63,187 nucleotides of DNA, filler included, from Lenisia limosa (GCA_001655205.1; 14 parts of 14 records of this genome joined end to end with filler, not necessarily neighbours in it); one strand, 5' to 3'; shown: positions 1 through 12,700, counted from the whole stretch's first letter. Program-made: numbers and translations. Notes: generated by a model not told the origin, from the letters alone.

Positions 1-179
1 CTATGATATATATTATATCGTGTATATATGATATACATATATTATATATATAGTATATCATATATCACCGTGATAATATTAATTAATACAATCAATATCC
101 TATCAAGATGGTGCTATTTATTTCTTCTACTCTCCCCTCTACATCTCAATAGATGCAACAATTCAAAATATCACAAACC

Positions 180-1529
180 TCCAAGATTCTTCTGATATCT
201 GTTCGAATGTTGAAGAGGCTCTGGAGTAATTGGCACTCGTTATTCAAAAGAACAAATAATTGCTGAGGGCTTGACAGTTCAGAAATATTGGCTTCCTCCT
301 AAGGACATCAATTCAATAATCCAGCTTCCCTGTTTAACAATTCCATTTTAATTGTTTGAAATATAAATTTATCCGATACAATTAAAATGGTTGCACAACA
401 TACTTCCAAGCTGGGCTCTTCCACTTCAGGTTTAACTCCATTGAGGAAGCTGGAAAATAAGAAACCGAAGACACCACCAATCGTTAAGTCTCAACCAGAT
501 TTGTTTCGACCAAAGTGAAACTACCCTGTAATAAAGCCATATGTCGCCTACTCAAGAACTCTCTTTGATGCATTTGCAAGAGGAACACTCTTCCCCTCAG
601 TCTTCTTCTTCTTCTGCGGTTCTGCCTTCTGGGGGGTGGAAAACTGCCTCTTCAGTGGTGTCTTCTGATTCATTAAAACTGGTGGGGAGTTGAAACTTAT
701 TTTTGGCTTCACTTTAGTGCCCAATAGAGTTAATATACTATACACACATACAGATATTATGTAGTGTTTTCTTGAAGTATGGAGATTTATCGGTTCAGAT
801 CATTGCGAAGTCCCAGTTACAGAACCACAGCAAACAATTACAGGGGTCTTGGTTTTCTGACTGCCTGTTATAGAAGGTGTATCCTTGACCTTTGGTCGTG
901 TAGCCTTGCTGGGGGTTTTGAAGGGGGTTGAGGGAGGGTCTTTGGAGGACTTCCGTGGAGTTTTGGGCTGGTTCTTCTGGGGCGTTCTAGAAGGGTGGTA
1001 ATAAATGCCATTTGATTAGATGTGTCGCGACCATGTATGACTCAAGATAAATACCAAAATTCGATGAGTTCAGCTGCCATTCATTTGATTGCCTGGTACG
1101 ACAAACCCATTTCCCCACCTGTGGATACTTGATTTGACCAAAAGCTCCTGGTTAATAGGGCGGTTATCTTGGGCAAGCTTAAGCGTCTCCTCCAGTACAG
1201 AGGTCTGAGGAAAGTGAAAATGTCAAATTAAAAGTAAAAAGGAAACACAATAATTCACACTTTAACATACAATATTGCATAAATTTCTGGGTTTTGGATT
1301 ACGCTAAACTAAAGATGAAAGATGTGCCACCTTGAGAGAATGTTATATGTTCTAACAGCTCCGACGCCAAAAATGGTGGTCGATTGGCTATCCTTTATCC
1401 CTCTGTGATCATTTTGAAGAATCTCAATACTCAATTAATCCAGCTTACCTTCAAGGTTTTCTTGATTCCATGCTCTTCAGCCATTGATTTGAGATCTTCT
1501 CGAGAAAGAGAATCAAAATCAGCCTTCAT
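180..1529 (-). CDS. Multi-exon hypothetical protein with N-terminal helix-turn-helix-like motif (HeH/SAP/Rho-N-like) and Pro/Ser/Lys-rich low-complexity middle; 3' end uncertain
   Basis: ATG at 1529. Exon 1 reads MKADFDSLSREDLKSMAEEHGIKKTLK|gtaag. Further GT-AG-bounded exons at ~1117-1204, ~858-990 (TPQKNQPKTPRKSSKDPPSTPFKTP), ~551-700 (overlapping ORF 548..745), ~403-450 and ~180-299. The domain call is resemblance by eye only. Confidence 0.55.
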
Positions 1530-1931
1530 CCTTGATGATGATGTCCAAAACGGCAACTGAATTGAAGAGGGACTGTGTCTTTCTTTAATGCCGTGGCCAA
1601 TTCAATCAATTAAAGATGATTTGATTAATTTTCTTGGAGTAAGCGGTCAAAGGGTCGCCTCAGTGCTAACTAATTGAACTATTCAGACATAAATCAAAGG
1701 TTTAAAGTGCTATTTTATACTGCTCTCCTCAACATATCATATATATTAAGAATTTAATAATTTTGTTTGTGTGTGTGGTGAAAATAAACAAAAAAAAGGA
1801 ATGTCCTCCTCGCGCGCTGGCGCTGGCGCTCCCGATATTGTTATTATTTTTTTGGTTACTGCAAGCGTCTTTTGTCTAAATCAATTCATTTTGTTGTTGT
1901 TTATTTGGTTTATATATCCAAGTATTAAAGG

Positions 1932-4900
1932 ATGGCCGAATTAAAACGCAGCTGCGACGAGATCGCTCCTTCTGCCTCTATCAAGCCACGCATTGCCATC
2001 TCCTCTGAAGGAAATGTAGCCTTAGGATGGGCAGATGAGCTCTATTTCACACATGGGTTCGCGTGGCGTCTCCCCCATCTTATCACGTTCTTGCTTGTTA
2101 GCATCTTTGCAACTGTTTTGTAGCATGTTGGATCTGCTTGGGTTTTTCCTTTACAATTGAACATTTTCTACGTGTTGTATTTCTTTGTTATTTGATTCCA
2201 AGTGGTTGTTTTTGGTTTGCGCGGTAATATGTATTCTCAGTGGGCTCTTTACTCTTTATGGTTTGTCTCTTCTTCCCCCATATTCCCCTCCCTGTCTGCT
2301 TCCCTTTCTATAATCCAATATTTCTTAAGTGTGAGGGTGAGGGCACTTCAACCATACTACCTTGCACGTTACTGCAGACCATCCACACAATTTACTGATG
2401 TAGAGGGGCCGTAGTCAAGCATGCCGACATTGACGACTGCCGGCACAAGGGAGACATCTCTTGCCTCACATTCACGCCCTCAAGTGGGCTGAGACACTCT
2501 TATACCTCATTGAATGTTTTGGCTTTCTGATTCATAAATGCGAACTCTTTGGTTTGATTTTGTGAATGAAGTGTCGGTCTTTTTGGACTTAAAGTTACCA
2601 CCATATTGTTTTATCTTTCTCAAACTTTTTATATTAAATGTGACTCCCCAGACAAACTCATCTCTTGTGGAACTGAGAAGTCCCTCACAATGTGGTCACC
2701 TGAAGGTGATTTCCTTGGCACAAAGTAGGGGGGGTTCGTCTAATAACATTCTTTCTACAGGATGAGATGATAGTACAGGATAATGTCATTTAAATATCAA
2801 AATATAATAGAGTATGCATACTATATATATGATATAGTAAATAATACTACTAGTATATTTATTATTCTCTTCTATATTTATCTAAGTTTCCAGGTACTCT
2901 TCGAAGCGCTTCACTGACGTAGCTATCGACAACAAAGAAACAGTGGTAGGTTTCCTACATTCTTTCTATTACGCTGTGATGAGTAACTTACCTGGCTTGA
3001 TGTTGGTTCACACATTGGCTTGCATTGCTACTTTAACCCAACAAGGCTGTTACCGCCGATCGTTTTGGTGACGTCATCTCGTTCCCTCTGGAGTCTTTTG
3101 ACCCCTCCGAGCGGCCTGTTTCCCTCCCTGTCCGTGCCCCTCACAATGTTAGATCGACAGATCACTCCGATGAGACTGTTGAGGCTGTAAAAGTACGTGT
3201 TTTTCATGATATAGTACCATCCTTTGGTTTATGAATTCTATCTTTGTACCACCCCAACACAGATTTGAATTATTATGACGAAAATTCCTTTTGTTTTTGT
3301 GTTTTTGTCATCTGGCTTTTTTCAAGTTTTAGCGTTGGTTGCTCATGTTTGTTATTGCTTGTTTTTTGTTTGTTTGGAGTTTCANNNNNNNNNNNNNNNN
3401 NNNNNNNNNNNNNNNNNNNNNNNNNNNNNNNNNNNNNNNNNNNNNNNNNNNNNNNNNNNNNNNNNNNGCTCCTAGAAGTTCAGTGAGCAAGGGGAAATAA
3501 TGCTGATACAGTGGATATTAACTAGTTTTTTTTGGGGAGGGGGATTTTCAGTACCTTAGAGGAAGCCCAACTTACTGCATTTCAGGACAGCACCTTCCTT
3601 GCTGGACACGTNNNNNNNNNNTAAACAAAGGAAATGCTTCATGTATAGTTGATGAAGGAGTAAATAAATAGTGTATTCAAACACAAGCAATCACTGTAGG
3701 GCCTTCTAAACATCACCATATACTGAGATCTGCGACCCTTTACGCATCGAAATCCACCTAGTGCACCTATATGTTCCTTTGGGCTTACCTCTCAGCACCT
3801 CAATGCCGACAACACTCGCTGCATCACTACCACTCGTGATGAGAAAGTCAGAATCTCGTGGGGGGGGGGGGNNNNNNNNNNNNNNNNNNNNNNNNNNNNN
3901 NNNNNNNNNNNNNNNNNNNNNNNNNNNNNNNNNNNNNNNNNNNNNNNNNNNNNNNNNNNNNNNNNNNNNNNNNNNNNNNNNNNNNAGGTAAAAGTGGCTC
4001 ATGTACTGTTTCGAATGGTTCATATTATCTACGCAAAGCAGCACTTACGATATCGTTTGTCAACTGTTCAGAAAGTTCCCCAATGCTCACGAAATTGATT
4101 CCTTCTGCCTCGGTCATATGAAGTAGGGGGTCCAACTATAACAATTCGGGCATTTTTGGGAGCTATCGGTTATCGATTGTGCCCATCCCATGGGTTTTTT
4201 ATGACGCGCTGATAATCTTCAAATGAAACATCGAAATTTTCTTCGTTTTTTTTTGTTTTGTGCTTTGTGCTTGCCCAACCAACCCTTTTTTGTACCATTA
4301 CTACTTTTTTGCTCAGCATCAGTATGGTTTAGAATAGTCACAGTTTGCTTGACACCATATTGTTCGCACTTGTAGAGATTCTTTTCTGCAGCTTGGTCTG
4401 GTACGCGCTCTGTCCATCCAGCTTTGATCCCCTCGGGGGTCGTATGCTTGGGANNNNNNNNNNNNNNNNNNNNNNNNNNNNNNNNNNNNNNNNNNNNNNN
4501 NNNNNNNNNNNNNNNNNNNNNNNNNNNNNNNNNNNNNNNNNNNNNNNNNNNNNNNNNNNNNNNNNNNNNNNNNNNNNNNNNNNNNNNNNNNNNNNNNNNN
4601 NNNNNNNNNNNNNNNNNNNNNNNNNNNNNNNNNNNNNNNNNNNNNNNNNNNNNNNNNNNNNNNNNNNNNNNNNNNNNNNNNNNNNNNNNNNNNNNNNNNN
4701 NNNNNNNNNNNNNNNNNNNNNNNNNNNNNNNNNNNNNNNNNNNNNNNNNNNNNNNNNNNNNNNNNNNNNNNNNNNNNNNNNNNNNNNNNNNNNNNNNNNN
4801 NNNNNNNNNNNGTCAGGGATTGTTTGTTTTGTTGTTATCAAACCTTGTGTGTTGTCAGCAAACAGAGTTTATTTTGGGCTTTTTGTTTTTGGTTTCTTAA

Positions 4901-5300
4901 TTTTTCCAATTTAGCTCCCCCAACACACACCCCTTCTCATTGAGATTTTTCTGAAGTGATGGGATGCGGTGCTACAGAAATGGGCTTTGACTGTTTNNNN
5001 NNNNNNNNNNNNNNNNNNNNNNNNNNNNNNNNNNNNNNNNNNNNNNNNNNNNNNNNNNNNNNNNNNNNNNNNNNNNNNNNNNNNNNNNNNNNNNNNNNNN
5101 NNNNNNNNNNNNNNNNNNNNNNNNNNNNNNNNNNNNNNNNNNNNNNNNNNNNNNNNNNNNNNNNNNNNNNNNNNNNNNNNNNNNNNNNNNNNNNNNNNNN
5201 NNNNNNNNNNNNNNNNNNNNNNNNNNNNNNNNNNNNNNNNNNNNGCACATTGAGGGTCTGGAACCCTGAAAATGGCGCCCAGCTGGCTGTCTTGCAGAAG
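1932..5300 (+). CDS. WDR4: tRNA (guanine-N7)-methyltransferase WD40 subunit WDR4/Trm82, 3' partial
   Basis: Exons give HKGDISCLTFTPS (~2447), AVTADRFGDVISFPL (~3046), STFLAGHV (~3588), ITTTRDEKVRIS (~3822), FPNAHEIDSFCLGH (~4075) and TLRVWNPENGAQL (~5246). These are the Trm82/WDR4 hallmark motifs (ADKxGDV, LGHVS, DRDEKIRVS, ESFCLGH, GDGTLRLW) in the correct order. Confidence 0.9.
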
Positions 5301-5436
5301 TCATCCTCGGTATGCTCCTTCATTGTCCCTTCTTTTGCAGTGAGGCCCATGTATTCAGGTCTAGGTGCATATAGACACCACAGGAAAAGAAAAGCAGGGG
5401 TTAGCATAAAACCATGTCCAATTTTTTTTTTTTTTT

Positions 5437-5536
5437 NNNNNNNNNNNNNNNNNNNNNNNNNNNNNNNNNNNNNNNNNNNNTTAATTAATTAANNNNNNNN
5501 NNNNNNNNNNNNNNNNNNNNNNNNNNNNNNNNNNNN
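5437..5536. other. Artificial 100-nt scaffold spacer (N44-TTAATTAATTAA-N44), first of 13
   Basis: Same structure at 5437, 15837, 18239, 21354, 33854, 37896, 39832, 42161, 44410, 46654, 47884, 50183 and 51541. The palindromic 12-mer places TAA in all six frames, and genes are cut off at these points. Confidence 0.97.
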
Positions 5537-5676
5537 ATATATCATATATGATATATGTTGATGATATATCTATACAAAATTCCATCATTATTTGGACCCA
5601 AGGAAAGCCTTAAAATAGTGATTCAGAGCAAAATATTTGAAGCCTGCTTTATTGCATAGACATCCTATTTATCATA

Positions 5677-5780
5677 TTCCAAGAGGAAGCCCTATACCCC
5701 CATACCCATGGTTCCAAGAGGAAGCCCTACCCCCATACCCATGGTTCCAAGAGGAAGCCCTACCCCCATACCCATGGTTC
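5677..5780. repeat. 33-bp tandem repeat x3 spanning a splice donor of the adenylyl cyclase gene
   Basis: Unit ttccaagaggaagccctacccccatacccatgg at 5677 (35 nt, extra TA), 5712 and 5745. Confidence 0.95.
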
Positions 5781-8172
5781 ACAGCTGTGCCGACGTAATA
5801 GTCCCGAATTCGATCCCACACTTCTGGTGTGACCACCACCTCCCCGGCCTGGGACCCTGACACTGCCGTTGACACCTGGAAAAACGGCTCCCCAGCGGCA
5901 AGCATTTCCCATTGGTCGTCTATGCCACCAAGCTGGCTGTATTACAAAAACGACAATCAAAAAACACTCCACGTGACTGACAAAGCTCAAGTATAACATA
6001 GGATACTATCTCTTCACTCCATGACAAGCTTTCGAAAATTCAGATACCCCCCCCCCCCCNNNNNNNNNNNNNNNNNNNNNNNNNNNNNNNNNNNNNNNNN
6101 NNNNNNNNNNNNNNNNNNNNNNNNNNNNNNNNNNNNNNNNNNNNNNNNNNNNNNNNNNNNNNNAAGAGGTAAAGAGGGGAGGAAGACAATAGTATATCGA
6201 AACTGAGCAGACTTTTAGTTGGATTCCGTCCTCTGCGTCGGTATAAGTACCACAGGTATTTCGGATCTGAACTGCACAGGCGGTAGCTCTTGCTGAAATA
6301 CGTTAGTTTTTGGGGACATGAGAAAAACAAATCAAATGAAGACGGAGATGTTAATAAAACGCCAGCTCTAAGGTTCTGAAAAATATTGCGCGGGATGAAT
6401 CCAATGAAAAATCGAGAAACCTAAATTCTCCTTTTGAAATGATCTCAAAATACACGCCCTAACCGGAAGCGTTATCGCTGTTATCTGCCGGTTGGAAGAG
6501 ACAGATCAACGCATCGCCAGCAATTTTGAGGACATCGCCACCGTAGTCATGCACCACGTTTGTGAGCGACGAGAAGAACGCGTTGAGATGCTGGAAGGGG
6601 TGAAAATAATAAAACAAAAACAAAAAAAATAAAGATGCCCCCACCCCAATCCACTATATATTTGAGAAACTCACAAAAGTCATTGCTCAGTAAAAATGGG
6701 TATTTCAGGAACAAATAACTCGAATGTCTCTGGACATCTCAAACAATACTTGAGCCTCAGACTTTGGAAACCTTCGCTGCCTCCAGTCGCGTGTTCAGGG
6801 CTGTGAAACCCGAAATGTCACAAAAGAGCATTGCGGCTGATTTCGTTAGTTCAGCACACAACAGTTCAAGAATAGGAATAAAACTTGAAAAGAAGGATTG
6901 ACGCATATCCCCCCCCCCCCNNNNNNNNNNNNNNNNNNNNNNNNNNNNNNNNNNNNNNNNNNNNNNNNNNNNNNNNNNNNNNNNNNNNNNNNNNNNNNNN
7001 NNNNNNNNNNNNNNNNNNNNAAGTGACGGTTTTTTCTGCTCGAGATGGCGCCGTACCAGTGGCAATTAGTTTACGCCTCAAAATCTTCGGAATGTGGCTT
7101 GCAATGCTTTGACCTGCATTATACAGTCAAAGTAAAACCGCTATCAGAAGTCAGAGGAACAAGGCCTACCTAGGGTGATCTCTGTACCCGACATGTCGAA
7201 GCTTCGGTTGTTTTCCTTTCTCCCGAGGCCCCATTGGGCGGAGTTCAGCTCACGAGAGGCCACGTGCGCTGAGGAGCTTTGTAGGGACACGTCACTATCT
7301 TCTCGCTTCAACAAGGGGCTGAGAGGGTGAAAACGGATTCTTAAAATGCACAACATTATGTCCTGTCCTGTTTTGCATTCAATAGACTCTCACTGAGAAA
7401 ATTTCCCTTTTCAAAGGAAAATTGTACAGCAAGAAGGTAGCTACCAATTTTTTATACTATATCATAGGTTATACACTAACCGTGGAAAATCCTGACCAAG
7501 GGAAATCTTATACTGTTGGCAATACAAATAGTACATCGTATAAAGTATACTGTTCAAGTGCGGTAAACAGATAATTCAAAGGCATTCTTCTCTTCGATAT
7601 ACACAACACACTAAATTCTGACCCCCTCACGGGATGACAGTGTTTGAAGTGGCCCGGATCATGGGTAGCACTGAGTCAGCCGGTGGTGTCTGGGGGTCAT
7701 GACCAAAGCAATCATTCCATTAATCCTTTAATGCTGCAAACCTTGGACAAGGACTTTCTTCTGGCCATAGCTGCCAATTGTGGCGAAGCTGAATTGCATG
7801 ATATTAAAGCAATTGAAAATTGTTGTTTTAAAACAAAGAAAAAAAAAAAAAATCCTGTAATGACAGTGAACTCCAAATGTCTGATATACGTATATTAAAC
7901 TTTTTGAATGATACCCACTTCTTCAGCTTCAAAAGAGATCAACCGATAATATTCCAGGGCTTACGGTTTCTTGGGATTTCTTCATTGATATTGTCATTCT
8001 GGGTCTTAATAGATCTAGGAAGAGTAACAGGGGCAGAGGAAACGGAACCCCGTCGCCCTAGTCGTCGAATAGCGGGGCCTGGAGGCGCTCCAGACGGTGT
8101 TGCCGGCGGTAGCGCTCTGAAACTACCTGAGGCTGCGAATCGCACCTGCTGGGCGTTCGTTGACGTCCCCAT
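5770..8172 (-). CDS. Class III nucleotidyl cyclase of the soluble adenylyl cyclase (ADCY10/sAC) type, 3' partial
   Basis: ATG at 8172 (MGTSTNAQQ...). Later exons read IASHIPKILRRKL (~7050-7110), AAMLFCDISGFTALNTRL (~6770-6840), LNAFFSSLTNVVHDYGGDVLKIAGDALICLF (~6480-6590), RATACAVQIR (~6190-6293) and AAGEPFFQVSTAVSGSQAGEVVVTPEVW (~5790-5905). This matches sAC first cyclase domain motifs (FxDISGFT, GGDxLKFAGDA). Confidence 0.88.
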
Positions 8173-8540
8173 TCAACCGCTATCGGCTGTGGATGTCATA
8201 GCAAATCTCATTTTTGACTGTGTTGAATACGCTTTGTTTTTTTGCTATATCACAGCTATAATATATATATTTATATCTTATTTTTACAACAAATCAACAA
8301 TTGAAAATCGCATTTTCGCGAAATCCAAAATCAGAGGAGGATCAATGATCATTTAACTCGTTGCCTAATATGGTAAGTAGCTTCTTGCCCTTTCTTGGGG
8401 TGTTGGTGAATCTTTATTGTTGTTTTGCGTTTTGCTTGAATTTGAGAAATTGAGAGTTATCAGGAATTCTTCAAAGGTTTGGATGCTGAAAGTTAATCTT
8501 TGCCAAATTTCAATTCATCACACCTCTGTAGCGAAACAAG

Positions 8541-9544
8541 ATGCCTTCCCTTTCCAAATCACTTTCTTCCTCTTTGACCGAACAAGTAAGGCAAGAGTCT
8601 AATTCTCATATTCATTTTGGATTTTTTTGGACTATCTTTCCCAATATTAGTATCTGTGCTGCCCATTTTGACAATGCAACAATTCATGGTTACAGGCCAA
8701 TTCTGAGCTGTTTTCATCACATTTGTACCTTGCAATGTCCTGTTACTGTGAAAAGAGGGGATTTTCAGGTTGGTTATAAATAGATGAACAATAAAGAGGG
8801 TCCAACAAGATTACGTAAATCGGAAAGTCCACCTGCACCTTTTATTACACAGGTGGTGACATCTGATCTCCCTAATTAGGAATGGGCAACTGGCTTCGTC
8901 TGCAGTCTATGGAGGAGCGTGGTCATGCCGCAACAATCATCGACTTCATCTCAAAGCGTGATGGCGATATGAAGGTTGGGGGAGGTACTGGAAATCATAC
9001 AGGCAAATCATCTCATTTCTCTATGTTTTCCAATAAATGATTATGACTCTCAGAGTTTAATGTTGTTAGTTGTCTCAAATTGCGATGCCCAAAGACAAAT
9101 GGGACTCAATGCTTCAGATGTGGCAGGAGGTGAGACCAATTACTGATGAAAACACAACAACATTGTTGAAAAACCAATTCACGCATATTCACCCCCCCAG
9201 GTTCTTGAGCATGAGAAGGAGGTAACCACCCGCATCAACAAAATCATAACCGCTGCACGCAACGAGGAGGTAGGCCTTTATGAGTGCGAAGACATCGCCT
9301 GAATGTTTCAGATGCAATTTGACCACTTAGGATCATGGCTGCGCTATGTTCATGGAGGGACTCGTCCATGAGCAACTGGAGGAAGAGAGCACAGCCACCG
9401 GTATTCTTGCAAAGGTTGGTCAATTGGAAAGGCAATTAGAGAGTTCAATGTCATAGATTTCTGACCGTACAGGTGGCGGCTTACTCCAACTTTGAGGGGC
9501 TTCTCTACCATCTCGACCGTGATTTGGGCAAGCGCAAGGAGTAA
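8541..9544 (+). CDS. Non-heme ferritin of prokaryotic (FtnA/Ftn) type, complete, 7 exons, 165 aa
   Basis: Exons 8541-8585, 8696-8768, 8880-8974, 9070-9129, 9201-9269, 9331-9414 and 9473-9544 (498 nt) splice in frame to [165 protein letters not shown]. Ferroxidase ligands E, Y, EExxH, HE and EQxEE are present. Confidence 0.93.
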
Positions 9545-9729
9545 AGCTTATTACTACTACTATTTTTATTTGTTGTTATTTTATTAAACATGCACCGATT
9601 TCATTTAGAGAGAGCATGCCACATGTGCAGAATCTAGATAATAAAAGGCTGGGAAGAGGAGCAAAAAGCAGTGGGACTGAAGGTTTTGACAATACAAATA
9701 GAAATACATTGACTATAAACGCAAATATC

Positions 9730-12700
9730 CTATTGTTCCATTTCCTTCAAAGCCAACTCGAAGTTAGCCCGTTGGTCTTTCACTGCCTGTCTCCATTGTC
9801 GAATCTGGAAGTGAGTTTCCAGGAGCCAGGAAAAGAAAAGAAAAAAGAAACTCGTGAGAAAGCAGGCAAATCAAACCACCTCATCATCCTTGGCTTTCAA
9901 GCTATTGACGAAGCTTTCCTTGAGGCCCTGACTCTCCTCCAAGGCGGCTGACAATCGTGCCTCAAGGTCGGCCTACCAAGAGTTACTTTCCTCTTGTTGT
10001 TTTGGTTACAATAGATAAATCCAAGCATGCCCTTCCAACGGAGTCTGAGCGTTTTGGCCGACTCTGTTTTTCATAGGCGGTTAACTTGGCTCTGGACACT
10101 CGATAGTTCTGCGAAAGGTGTGAGTCTCTTTCGTATGTTAAAATAGTGAAATACGAGAATAAAAAAAGGTAATGGGGAAAACCTTCAAAGCATCTTCGGA
10201 TTTCTCCTCCGCGTTGCTCAGCCTGGTCTTATAAACCTCGACGACATCCTCCAATCTTGACACCTCATCTGTGAGGGTCGCTACTCTGGCTTGGGCCGCT
10301 GGCAGGGCTGGGGGTAGTACAATTAGTGCGATAATAGTATATAAACAAAAATATATTTCCGTTTTTTGGCCGAAGAAGTCAGGGTGAAAAAAGAAAGAAA
10401 TACTTGTGCATGTAATGGTATCTGGCGTAAACAACATACCATGCTTGGATTTGACCGGGCCGTTGGAGTCCACTTGGGCCTTCAATGCGACAATGACACG
10501 CTCCTGACGCTCAAGCTGTGTCTCCTATCAACCGTAATATATTGCCAGATCACGCAGGCTGTCGATAACGGTAGTTCAAGCACTAACCAAGTTGATGGAA
10601 CATGAAGGATTGCGTACTTACCTGGGCTCTGACAAGATTCTTGAGTTCATCAAAGGCATGTGACTTGTCCGCCCTGAAAATTGTTGTTACAAAAGTTCTG
10701 ACAAGTGGTCTTACAAGTGCACCCAACCCACTTTTTCAAGGACCCCTTTTCTGCTGGTTTCTTTTTGTGGGATTCCCTCTAAAAGAATATGCGATAATTA
10801 GGGTGAAATGCAGGTAAGACTTTACTATTCGTGCACTTAAACAATTGCTTAGCCCCACACACCTCAATTCTCAATTCCTCTTGAAGAGCTTCTACCAAAT
10901 TGTCGTCATTAGCAGCCTTCTCAAGCAGAATCGACACCTGTGTGGTCATCAAGGTGTTCGAGAAGGGAGAAGATAGCAAACCTTAGATCTGAGGTTCTTC
11001 AAGTCTCTTTCTAAGGCGGAGTGTCTGCCCCTTGCAGCGTCTGCCTTCAACTGCAATATCAATGACAACTCATAAAATACAAGATAATCATAATCCTAAT
11101 TAGATATATCGTCAGAGGAATCTGTATGGACACGCCCACCTTCAGGTCCTTGCATAGCTGGTTTTTAGTCTTTAGTTCAACCTCCAAATCCTCTGCTTTC
11201 ATTCGCCTCTCCTCTGCAATCCGCCCCGCATCATTGGCTGCAGTACGACTGAACGGTTAGATCAACTTTCAGTTCTGGTCTGACATCAGATGCTGAAATC
11301 AAGCAAATATAATATTTACTGTGAAAAAGAATAGGAGAGAAATTACACCCCACCTTGAAGGGCTAAAGTCAGAGTCTCGATGAGACGATCTTGAGATTGA
11401 AGCCTGGAATCGTCAGGTGCCAAGTCATTGTCATGTTAAATATATTTGATTGGGGGAAAGCACTCCTCATACTCTCGTGTCACTACGAGATATTTTGAGT
11501 TTATGCTTGAGTGAAGAAATTATTTCCTGCCGTCCCTGCCAGTTGCTGTCACCTGAAAGAACTTCGGCAATGTTGCAACCTTCCCCGAGCTAAATCGTGA
11601 GTTTATCGAACGGAACAGCATTCAATAAACCGCGGCCGTATCGTCAATACCAGGCCTCAGCCAGCACACCTCCTTTTCTAATGCCCGAACCGCCCTTGCG
11701 GCTTCCGATCTCGCCTGTTGGGCTTGTTGTGTGGCGTCACTGGCTCTGAGGATTGGGGGGGGGGGGGNNNNNNNNNNNNNNNNNNNNNNNNNNNNNNNNN
11801 NNNNNNNNNNNNNNNNNNNNNNNNNNNNNNNNNNNNAAGACACAGAAGGCTAATTCCTCAAACCGTTTATTAGAAGCAGAGGCCTTTTCCTTGGCTTTTT
11901 TGAGTTCTATCTGAATGCTGAAATGTCAGGGGTTGTGTTAGGCCAGAACAATAACTGAAGAACCGGTAATAAAAGAAGACTACACATTCAAAATCCGTCT
12001 CTCAAAGGCTGGTGAAAAAGTTGCATCGCATTGGACAGAATCCAAATCCATCACAAGGGTATTGAGAAGTAGTCCTCGCACTCTCTTGCCTCCTTAGCTG
12101 ATAAGCCGTCCGCACGGCCTTGTTGAAACGCCACAAGGTCCGCTTCAGCTTTCTTCAGTTTTCTTCGATCACTTGCTCCTGATGATTGAAGCGATCGAAT
12201 CTGAGTGAGTGAGAGATTGTTACCCTTGGTGCCCAGTATAAAAACGACTGGAAATCAAAATAAATCGTTGGTAAAAAAAGGTCTATTTTGAAACTCCACC
12301 CTCCATTCACCTTTGCATATGCCTTGACCAACTTGGCTCGTAGGACATTGTCATCACCATTGTCAAATAGCTCTGCTTGCTGCAGGGTCCCCATTAAAAA
12401 TTATAATATCATATAATGTGGTGATACATTTACTATATGATATATCATATAATATAGGAATATTATATATACTAGCTATACATGATATCGATATAATATT
12501 TACTGTATCATATACTACTATAATTACATAAAATATTGATACTATAGTATATTATATGATATATATATCATATGATATACACTTGCAGGTTTCAACAAGA
12601 GATAAAACAGCCCCTCAAACCGCTCCTTCTCCCCATTCGTCATCCTGAATTGTGAATGAAAAGAGCAATAAAAGGCCGAATGTGTTTGTCAATGCTACCC

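Noticed and set aside
5481-5492. Recurrent palindrome TTAATTAATTAA as a biological motif
   Set aside because: It is always centred in exactly 44+44 N, gives stops in all six frames, and genes are truncated at it. It is an assembly linker.
8313-8322. TTTCGCGAAA palindrome as an E2F-like site in the cyclase/ferritin divergent promoter
   Set aside because: Single occurrence that could arise by chance, with no support from other promoters here.
8586-8783. ORF 8541..8783 read-through (QVRQESN...SICAAHF) as ferritin helix A
   Set aside because: It resembles the helix by chance. The spliced exon 8696-8768 ([17 protein letters not shown]) matches ferritin far better and keeps the frame.
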